DNA of 64,000 bases. Source: the human T2T-CHM13v2.0 reference genome, Homo sapiens. Shown here piece after piece: positions 52,333-64,000 of this stretch. Each line of letters starts with the position of its first letter. The first letter of the stretch is position 1. The stretch is from the NCBI RefSeq assembly GCF_009914755.1, contig NC_060927.1; one strand, written 5' to 3'. Under the pieces are notes generated by a model. It had not been told where the DNA came from. It searched no databases and was given only the letters and a program-made list of their open reading frames with translations. The translations under genes and the position numbers were made by a program.

Positions 52333-54399
52333 GATGGCGGCAGGCAGCAGTTCCCGACCGGCTCGAGGAGGAGCAGAGGCTGTGCTTGGCGCACCACTTC
52401 TGGGGCTGCTGTGAGGTCCGCTGGAACCCGCTGCGCGGCTTCGAGTGGTCAAAGGAGCCAAAGATGAAGAGAAAAGGAAAACCAAGAGCGGGTGACAAGG
52501 CTGAGGAGCCCCGAAAGGCGGACCGTCAGGCTGAGGAGCGCAGGCGGACTGAGGCGTGGTCCGCGGGGCTCAGGGAGGTGGCTCCTGCGCCGGGTATCGG
52601 GGCGCGTGGTATCGGCCTCAGCCAATGGGTGGCAGCGCCCCCGCCCCCTGCGTGGGGGGGCTGCGGGGGACGACGGCGCCCACGCGGCGGGGGCGTAGGG
52701 TACGCAGCGCGTGTGCGCAGGTCCGGTGCCTCAGTCCCAGGAAGGCGCCGCGCTCACATAGACCCACAGACACACACATCACCCCCAAAACACCCCTAAA
52801 ATAAGTATGCATACTGAAATGTATGGTATAGTTTACAAAAATGATAATCTAATGTGTCTAGGCTGCAGTTTCCAAATGGCTTCTCTAAGGCACAGGGTTA
52901 GCGCCATCACTTTTAGCTTCACACTCACCCCAAAATCTTTTTTAAATGCCTACAGAAATAAATCGAAGCAAGTCTGTGGAAAACAGAAGGAGACATCAAC
53001 AGGCCAGAAACTTGCACTCCTTTCTGTCAAGTTTGAGATAGAAGGGGTTGGATGGGAGGAAATGCCAGTTTGACATTCAGGATGTTTGTTCTTTCAAGAA
53101 ATAGTTACTGAGTGCCTGTGATTACCAGGTACAGCAGATGCAGGAGTGAACAGAATAACAGAACATGTCTTTGCTCAGGGATCTTACATTTTAATGGGAG
53201 AATTCACCTTCCAGGCCTTACAGGAAGGCGCTAGGCCTGCCTAGAGAATTCTAGAACATTCTTAAGGTCAGAATACGGGCGTAGAGCAGGAGCAAGCTGT
53301 GGGCCAGTTGGTGGAGCCCATCACGTAACTTCGGGAACCACTGCAGCACCTTAGCTATACACACAGGGCTAAGTAGCTATGACCTTTATCCACAAACTTC
53401 ACTTCTGTACTGACGGAAAGCATTAAAATGTTACTTTTTGAGCTGGCAAAACGGTGGACTTCTATAACGTGAGCAGTATCTCATTACTAACACCTAGTAA
53501 TGCGGGATTAAAATAAAACGTTTTATTTTCAATATGCAGCTAAACCCATAAGAAAAGAAGGGAAATTCCAAGTACCAAAAATAAACTGAAAACCAGAGCA
53601 ATGACTTATTCAACTGATTCTTCTCCTGCCCGGGATATGGGGGCTGGGCTGTAGGGCAGCCAGTCATACTAGTTTGCCCAGGACTTACATGATTTTAGCA
53701 CTGAGAAATTCCTACGTCCCTAAGGAAACCAGAAGGATTGGTCATCCTAGGTGTGGGCAAAGTGTTGTTACTCTCTGTAACTTGAGATCTGGATGTTTAG
53801 TGGTAGGAGGTAAGGGCTCAGGGTGGGAGCGGGAACTGAGTACTCTGCAAAACGCCATTGTCCCTAAAATCCTTAGGAAAAGGATGGAGTAGGGAAAATG
53901 TGAAACACCCATGGCGAGCAGATGAGGAGGCTTGTCCCATCTCTGGATGAAGAAAATATGTATTTAACTCTGATTAAATTTCAAAACCCTAGACCTGCAT
54001 TTCATCAACGTTTGGAGTTTAAATCTATAATATATTATTGGAATCCCCAAGCCAAGAAATGGATCCTCCTACACCATCACCCTCTCTCCTGCCTTAAGAG
54101 ATCCTAGACATGGGGCATCTAGAATGCCCGGCAGAAGCAAACATAAAACCGACTTGAATGAATGCTTCTGCAACCTAGGCTGAAAGTGATTCTCATAAGA
54201 AAATGACCCTTTAATGAAAAGCTCACAATAAAAAATTATACAATACTACTTACCTTGAATAAGAATGGCATACGAAAAAGAAAGTTAAAATGTCAAAAAC
54301 TAACAGAAGCAGCTTCTTTTGCATTGTGTATACGTGGTTTTTTTTTCTTTTTCTCAGTTTTTTTCCTCAACTTATTTGGAGTAATGCTCACGCTCTGGC

Positions 54400-54812
<413 letters not shown>

Positions 54813-56270
54813 CTCTGTATTTTTAAGTGATTTGTATTACTATTTTAAAATGTAAACTTAAAATATAAAGCTAATAAATAGCTTTACTTTCTTCTTGAAT
54901 AATGCAAAGGCCTTTAGGATGTCTTAGCTCTACACACCCTCCCCTCTCTCAGTTTATAAGTTATTCACTATTTTAGTTCTATCCTGGTTTCATCATATAA
55001 ATTAGACATCGTTTTTTAGACACACCCACATATGTAACAACATTTTGCTTACCATTTCTTTGCATATCTCAGATCTTCCTTCTGAATCATTTTCCTTGTG
55101 CCTGTAGCAAATTCTTTAGAATTTCCTTGAATGAGAGTGTGATGTGGTAAACCCTTGCGTTTTTTTCCACCTGAAATATTTTGATTTTTCCCTGCTGTTT
55201 CATGATAATTCTACTGAATATATAATTTTAGGTTTACAAGTATTTTTTCCCCCTCAGAATATTGAGCATATTATTCTGTTATCTTCTATTTTCTATTGCT
55301 ACTGAGAAATCTGCTGTCAGTCTTTTTGATGTTTAAGACCAATTTTTCTTTGGTGTTCTGAATTTTCACAATGATGTAAGTAGATGTGGAGTTTTAAAAA
55401 ATTTCTCCTGCTTAGGAGTTTTAAGACTTTCTGGATTTGTGTATTAGCTCTTAATAATTCTGAACAGTTTCACCCGTTTTCTTGTTAAAGATTAGCTGGT
55501 TAAGGGATTAAACATTATTTGTATTTTATATTTCATAAGTTATTCTTATAATTTACTTTTCTTTAGATCATGAATTTTTCAAAGGTTGGTGCTGTTTTCT
55601 TGAAATCGCTTAATAGAAAGAATTTTATCTAAGATCAAAACTGACTGTATCCATTTCAATGTGTTAAGATTAGTGGCATAATTCGTATCAGTTCAGAAAT
55701 AAATCTCTATATTGCTTCCTATATGGGGGGAGAAGAAAAAAACGCTGGTGTCTTTGAACACCTCTGCCAGTTCTTCTGTGCTCCTAAAGCCTACGGCTTT
55801 GGAAAGAAGGCTATGTTTGTATAGGCACTTGAACTTCACTTCTGCAAATCATTTTCAAGATTTTTGTTATATCTGTCCTGAGTCTCTATTATTATTTACC
55901 TGTTTTAAAAATTAACTTCTTGTCCTAAACAACAATATTTGCAAGATCAGACTTACTGTTTTAGCTACATTTTTTTAACAATTACATTAAAATAAATACA
56001 GAATGATTAGAATTTAAAACAATGTTTGTTTATGCATCACTTCATACCACATACTCCCAGGGCAGCGAGTAACATAGTTTTGGGAAACACTGGATTAGCA
56101 GAACTCTATAGAGCTTTAGATATGCAAACTTAGGCCCAAGGGACTAAAGAGTAGAGTTTCAAATTGTTCTGCCTAATAAATGAGAGTAATCATATTACAA
56201 GGGGAGAAACCAAGCAAGACAGGGAAATTGGAGGTCCTAGAAGCTGGAGAAAAGAAGTAACCTTGCAGGT

Positions 56271-56568
56271 CAGCATGTTAGCTCATGCTTGTAATCCCCA
56301 CACTTTGGGAGGCTGAGGCCGATGGATCACTTGAGTTCAGGAGTTTGAGACCAGTCTGGGCAATGTGGTGAAACCCCGTCTCTACCAAAAATACAAAAAA
56401 TTAGCTGGGTGTGGCAGTGTGCACCTGTGGTCCCTGCTTCTCAGGAGGCTGAGGTGGGAGGATCATTTGAGCGTGGGAGGTGGAGGTTGTAGTGAGCCAA
56501 GATCACCCCACTGCATTCCAGCCTGGGTGACACAGTGAGACTCTGTCTCAAAAAAATAAAATAAAAAA
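56271..56568 (+). mobile_element. AluJ
   Basis: Dimer; TSD TAACCTTGCA. Confidence 0.9.
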
Positions 56569-56711
56569 TAACCTTGCAAAGTGACAAAAAGTTGGAGCCT
56601 GCAGTGAAAGGTATCTGAGTACATTAGAATCATGTGGGGAACTTTTAAAAATTTATATGCCCATGCCTCACCCCAAACCAATTAAATCAGCTGAGGGCAA
56701 GGCTCATAAGT

Positions 56712-56714
<3 letters not shown>

Positions 56715-56782
<68 letters not shown>
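56715..56782. repeat. (TG)20(TA)14 compound microsatellite within MER5 remnants (~56610-56995)
   Basis: Counted directly. Confidence 0.95.
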
Positions 56783-56785
<3 letters not shown>

Positions 56786-58189
56786 GTTTCTCTAGTTACT
56801 CCAGTATGCAGCCATATTTGAAAATCGGTGCTATAGAGCCTTGCTACTCAAAGTGTGATCCTCAGATCAGCAGCTTCACATCACGTGAGTGCTGTAGAAT
56901 CTCAGGCCCCACCCTAAACCTACTGAATCAGAATCTGCATTTTAACAAGATCTCCAAATGGCTCATGTGCACACTGAAGGTGAAGAAACATTGCCATAGA
57001 GAGCACTTGTCATAAACAACTTACCTCCCTGGATTTGAGAATCCTTCACCTTACAAATTAAGAGTCTACTTTCTCAGCCTTTCTTGCAGCTACAGCTTGG
57101 GCAGGTGACCTACACAACATCAATGAGATGCAGCCATCCTAAATTTTGAATAGGGGACTAATGATGCCATAATGAAGGGACTGCAGAGAATACTTTCTGG
57201 AGAAGAGTATCAACAGCAGCAGCAGCCATGGTATAGGTTAGAGCTGCAATGACTGCTACTGTCAGTTGTGCAAACCATGGTGTACTCAGTGCCAGCTGAG
57301 GTTTCTTCACTGGACAAGTTCTGCAGCATGATTTCGTGTGTCATTCCTGGAGACAACCTGGCCCTTTGGTTCATTTTGAGATTCTGTGAGCTAGTTACCC
57401 AATAAATTTTAACAAGTTCTTTTCCTGCTTAAACCAGCCAAAACTTCTGTGACTATTGCTTACAACAAAGCTTCTGGACTACATTAGGTGATGAGTGAGG
57501 TCAGCCAAACTGCTTTTAAAAAGAAGGTTAACAGCTAAAAGATTTATGACTCTTTGCTGTGATTATGTAGCAATGTCCTGCTATTGTGTCCAACCTTTAG
57601 TAAGCTTCCAGTACACACACAAATGCCTTATGTCAGTGGTGTTTTGCGAGGAGTCTCAAGGACACTCTCCATTGCAACATGGGACAGGGATAGCATGCTG
57701 ATCTACAGCAAGATGACCCACAGATGAAATAATTCAGCAGGAACAGTAGCTTACAGCCAAAAGTGACCTGGAAAAGCAAAAATCATAAGCTCAGTATTCC
57801 CAGCAAGATAGAAAGAAATATGTGCTATTTCCATTGCATGTAAGCAGATGTTTAAACCAATTCCATTTAAATCTCAAGGTATGGTGCCTCATCTTTTATT
57901 GGGCCTGCATTCATGTGGTCCAGCATAGCAACACACATCTCATGTACACTTGTGAATACTTGCAGAGACATCTATCAACTGAGCAATGTTGCTTAAGCCC
58001 TGCTTATTCACCTTTAACCCTGGTACCTGCAATAATAGTTTATTCACTCAAAACTTAAATCTCCTAAGCAGGTCGTCTGAATTTTGGGGTTGGTCTGAAG
58101 CAAACTGACATAATCTTCACGATGGCCTCATGATACTTGCCTAAATATTTAACTGAAAAATGATTGACTTGTTAAAAGTAATAATATTG

Positions 58190-58440
58190 ACACTAGGCAC
58201 TGATACTAATACGGTACATACTATGTACCAGGCATTATTCTAATTATCTTACTTCTACTAGTAGTTCATCTAATCCTCCTAACAATAGTAGGTGCTATTA
58301 TTATCCCAATTTTACAGAGAAGGAAGCAGAGGTGCACAGAGGTTGTATAACTTGCCTGAGATGATAGTTGGTAAGTATCAGAGCTGAATTTAAACCCAGT
58401 CAGACTTTAAAGTCTGAGTTCTCAACCATTATGCTATATT
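58190..58440 (-). mobile_element. MIR
   Basis: CTATGTACCAGGCA...TTTTACAGAGAAGGAAGCAGAGG. Confidence 0.78.
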
Positions 58441-58548
58441 AGCAAACTACATGGAGGAAGAAAGGGCTAATATAATGGGACAAAGTTATGTATTAAATCT
58501 CTTGTTCCCATGAGAGTAGCTAAACAAAGAAGCAAAACCCCAAATAGC

Positions 58549-59326
58549 ACTATGGTCTGAATGTTTGCCCTCCTCACCTATTCATATGTTGAAACCCTAG
58601 TCCCTGAGGTGATGGTATTAGGAAGTGGAGCCTTTGGGAGATGATTAGGTCATGAGGGCAGAGCTTTCATGAATGGGATTGATGCCCTTATAAAAGAGGA
58701 CTGAGGGAGCTTAGTCACTCCTTCTACCATGTAAGAATACAGCAAGAAGTTGGCAGCCTGCACCCCAGAAAAGGGTCCTCACCAGAACCTCACCATGCTG
58801 ACACCCTGATCTTGGACTTGCCGGTCTCCAGAACTGTGAGATACAAATTTCTGTTGTTTATAAGCCACCCAGTTTAAGATATTTTTATTGTAAGACCCTG
58901 AACAGATTAAGAAAGGTGGTACCGGGAGACGGGTGCTGCTATAATAAATGCCTAAAACTATGGAATCAGCTTTGGAACTGGGTAATGGGTAGAGGCTGGA
59001 AGAGTTTTGACATGTATCATAGAAAAATCCTACATTGCTGTGAACAGACCAGGCCATAAAGGGCTGGTTTTGATGGGGGCTTGGAAGGAGAAAAGGAGAG
59101 CTGTAGAGAAAGCTTGACTCTTCTTAGAGAGTGCCTAAGTAGTTGTGAACAGACTTGGTAGAAATATGGACAGTAAAAGCCATTCTGATGTGAGGGACAT
59201 GTTATTGGAAACTAGAGGAAAGGCAATCCTTGTTATAAAGTAGCAACGAACTTGGATGAATCATGTTCGTGTACTAGTGTTTTGTGGAATATTGCTTTTA
59301 TTATAGCAGCCTGAACAGATAAGACA
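58549..59326 (+). mobile_element. MLT1A-type MaLR: LTR (~58549-58913), ~380 bp of internal region, and the last ~30 bp of the 3' LTR
   Basis: CTATGGTCTGAATGTTTG start; CCTGAACAGA(T)TAAGA end seen twice; MaLR-int GCTTTGGAACTGGGTAATGGG. Confidence 0.82.
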
Positions 59327-59699
59327 CCAACCTACACTAATGAATTGCTCCAAAACAATTGGCCCTTGAGGAGCCTATCTGCTTAACAAAAATAAAATTT
59401 CCACATTTCCTTCTGAATTTTGCTTGTTAACAAATCTTTCAGTACTTTTTTCAAATGTTGGAATCAATCTTATCTCTACACCACTGACTCCCTACTCACA
59501 CACATACTTCTCCCAGTTGCTTTGAAACTGCTTTTTCTGCATCAAGAGGCATCACTGCTGAGCGAACCCTTGCAAATCAGAGAGGTAGAAGCTGTTGAAC
59601 ACTTGTGGAAGAAGCAGAGAGAAAAAGCTGGTAGAACTCACTCTTTTTCCTTTCCTCATCCCTAATCACTCTCACCTCCATTTCCATAGTTTTATTCTT

Positions 59700-61204
<1,505 letters not shown>

Positions 61205-62137
61205 AGCTTCCTTCTTTATTTTCCTCCTCAGTCCCTCAGGAAAAGGTGCAGTGGTATTGGTGCCTCTTTGAAGTGTTCCAGTCCAGTGTAATGAACGAGA
61301 GTTACATTAATTTCCAAGAATTTCTTTCCCTAAACTGGAGTGATTTAAGCCATGAATCAGAGAGGGAGGGAAATTTCTGGTGTAAACATCAACCACTGAA
61401 CCTTTCAATGTCTTTGAACCCATCGGACCTCTTCCTAAAAAATCAGATGAGAGCTGTTACTCAAGTCAGTTAGCTCTGTACTTTCAAACATTTTTTTAAG
61501 GAGCTCAAGGAATTGCCAAAGAAAAGGAGAACTGTTTGGTGTGATTTCTAAAAAACTTTCCTAAATATTGCATTTTTTAGGCAATGTGACAATCTCAAAG
61601 CACTTTGCTGAGGGCAACATTTTGTTGTGGTCTAACAACTGTTAAATTTCTCTTCTTGCCCTGATTCCCTTAATTTAGATTGAGAATATCTGTAGAGAAA
61701 AGAAGTGAGACATCACGTGAGTAAATACAACATTGAAAAGCCCAGCATTTACAGATTAGCAGGAAAGGTTCTGACAACAACTTGATTAATGCGAAACTAA
61801 ACTAAATTAATCTCTGATCACCATAAAAAGGAGAAGCTGAAATGTTTGTTTTTTCCCATGAAGGATTTTTTTCCTGTGTTTTATGTGGAATTGACTAAAA
61901 AAAAGTCCACAATTTCAAAACCTTTTTGGCAAAAACTTTGTGTACCTGCAGCTAGCATTTCAGCCAGCGTGAGCAAGTACGAGGAAGTGAAAGGACTAAA
62001 GAAGAGAATACAGTCAAAGGAAAATCATGGAATAAAGAAAGACCAGACACAGAGATAATATACATACTTTTTTAAAAAAAAGGAAGGAAGTTGAGGGAAA
62101 CTTTTTTTGTTATTTCCCATATCTAGTCAGTCAACAA

Positions 62138-62342
62138 GTTTTATTTTGTTTTGTTTTTAAGAGATGGGTCTTGTTCTGTCACCTGGGCTGGAGTACAGTG
62201 ATGTTGTCATAGCTCACTATAGTCTCAAATTCCTGGGCTCAAGGGATCCTCCCACCTCAGCCTCCCAAGTAGATAGGACCTATGGGTGCATGCCACCATG
62301 TCCAGTTAATTTTGTTTTTGTATTTTTTGTAGAGATGGGGTC
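62138..62342 (-). mobile_element. AluJ right part, interrupted by the THE1D insertion
   Basis: Alu sequence stops at GAGATGGGGTC where the LTR begins. Confidence 0.85.
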
Positions 62343-64000
62343 TAATATGGTTAGGCTTTGTGTCCTCACCCAAATCTCATCTTGAGTTGTAATCCCCATA
62401 ACCCTGCATGTCAAGGGAGAGACCAGGTGGAGGTAATTGAATCACAGGGGACAGTTTCCCCCATGACATTCTCATGGTAGTGACTTCTCATAAGATCTGA
62501 TGGTTTTATAAGGGATTATTCCACCTTCACTTGGCACTTTTTCCTGCTGCCTTGTGAAGAAGGTGCCTTGCCTCCCCTTCACCTTCCACCATGATTGTAA
62601 GTTTCCTGAGGCCTCTCCAGCCATGCTAAACTGTGAGTCAATTAGACCTCTTTGCTTTATAAATTACCCAGTCTTAGGCAGTTCTTTATAGCAGTATGAA
62701 AATGGACTAATACAGTAAGTTGGTACTGCAGAGGGTGGGGTTCTGCTATAAAGATACCCAAAAATGTGGAAGCAACTTTGGAACTGGGTAACAGGCAGAG
62801 GTTAGAACAGTTTGGAGGGCTCAGAGAAGACAGGGAAATGTGGGAAAGTTTGGAACTTCCTAGAGACTTGTTGAATGCCTTTGACCAAAATGCCGATAGT
62901 GATATGGACAATGAAGTCCAGGCTGAAGTGGTCTCAGATGGAGATGAGGAACTTGTTGGGAACCAGAATAAAGGTGACTATTGCTATACTTTAGCGAAGA
63001 GACTGGCAGCATTCATTTTTCCCCTGTCCTAGAGATCTGTGGAACTTTGATCTCGAAGGAGATGATATAGGGTATCTGGTGGAAGAAATTTCTCAGCAGC
63101 AATGTGTTCAAGAATTGACTTGGATGCTCCTAAAAGCATTCAGTTTTATGCATTCATAAAGAGATGGTTTGGAATTGGAACTTATGTTTAAAAGGGAAGT
63201 GGAGTGTAAAAGTTTGGAAAGTGTGTAACCTCATGATGCGATAGAAAAGAAAAACCCATTTTCTGAAGAGAAATTTAAGCCAGCTGCAGAAATTTGCATA
63301 AGTAACAAGAAGCCAAATGTTAATTGCCAAGACAGTGGAGAAGATGTTTCCAGGGCATGTCAGAGAACTTCATAGCAGCACCTCCCATTACAGGCCTGGA
63401 GCCCTAGGAGGAAAAAATGTTTTTGTGGGCTGGGCCCAGGGCCTAGCTGCTTTGGGCAGTCTTGGGACTTGGTGCCCTGCGTTCCAGCCATGGCTAAAAG
63501 GGGATAACATAGAGTTCAGGCTATTGCTTCAGAGGGTGCCAGCCGCAAGCAACACGTGGTATTGAGCCTGTGGGTACACAGAAGTCGAGAACTGAGGTTT
63601 GGGAACCTCTGCCTAGATTTCAGAGGATGTATGGAAATGCCTGGATGCCCAGGAGGAAGTTTGCTGCAGGGGTGGAGCTCTCGTGGAGAACCTCTGCCAG
63701 GGCAGTGCAGAAGAGAAATGTGGGGTTGAAGCCCCTACATAGTCCCCACTGGAGCACTGCCTAGTAGAGGTGTGAGAAGAGAGCCACTGTCCTCCAGACC
63801 CCAGAATGGTAGATCCACCGACAGCTTGCACTGTGTTCCTGGAAAAGACACTCAATGCCAGCCTGTGTAAGCAGCCAGGAGAGGGGTTGTACCCTGCAAA
63901 GTCATAGGGGCAGAGCTGCCCAAGGCCATGGGAACCCATCTCTTGCATCAGCATGATCTGGATATGAGACATGGAATCAAAGGAGATCACTTCAGAGCTT
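62343..64000 (+). mobile_element. THE1D-type MaLR provirus: 5' LTR (62343-62714) plus internal region running off the window
   Basis: (TG>TA)ATATGGTTAGGCTTTGTGTC...GGACTAATACA, followed by MaLR-int (MEATLELGNRQRLEQFGGLREDR-type remnant). Confidence 0.9.

Larger units (their letters stand above)
51340..52760. promoter_or_regulatory. CpG-island promoter covering both DAZL first exons
   Basis: Abrupt rise in GC and CpG density. Motifs: CCAAT box (52622-52626), GC/EGR boxes (~52637-52695), ETS CACTTCCGG (51672-51680), YY1 GCCGCCATCTTG (51847-51858), E-box CACGTG (52066-52071). Confidence 0.92.

Noticed and set aside
51691-52812. Cluster of 60-220-aa ORFs on both strands
   Set aside because: Expected from stop-codon scarcity in a GC-rich island; low-complexity Pro/Arg/Gly content, many non-ATG starts, no recognisable domain.
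62766-63990. Protein-coding ORFs in the THE1D internal region
   Set aside because: Fragmented remnants of the non-autonomous MaLR internal ORF.

Overview
Primate (human-like) genomic DNA containing the complete autosomal DAZL gene on the minus strand (~33.9-52.6 kb; human DAZL lies at 3p24.3). I assembled 11 coding exons by hand: 3+147+92+52+64+140+72+51+114+99+54 = 888 nt, giving a 295-aa protein with one RRM and a single DAZ repeat. There is also an alternative coding first exon (MAAPSCGGDRKARLTPSLPHE, 315-aa isoform), a ~1.9-kb 3'UTR with tandem AATAAA, and a CpG-island promoter. The flanks are mostly decayed, nested transposons (L1M/L1P, Alu, MER50, MLT2A, THE1, MLT1, Tigger, MER5/20/58, L2, MIR). 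None of the supplied ORFs is a credible independent gene. I found no demonstrably new biological system. The best leads are: a young 202-bp non-tandem duplication bracketing exon 10; a weak GC-AG donor at exon 9; inverted Alus around phase-0 exon blocks that would yield stop-free circRNAs; three STRA8-type CNCCTCAG motifs at the TSS; uORFs in the alternative first exon; two CTCF motifs; and an older templated insertion inside an L1. Repeat subfamily names come from recalled consensus sequences and their boundaries are approximate.
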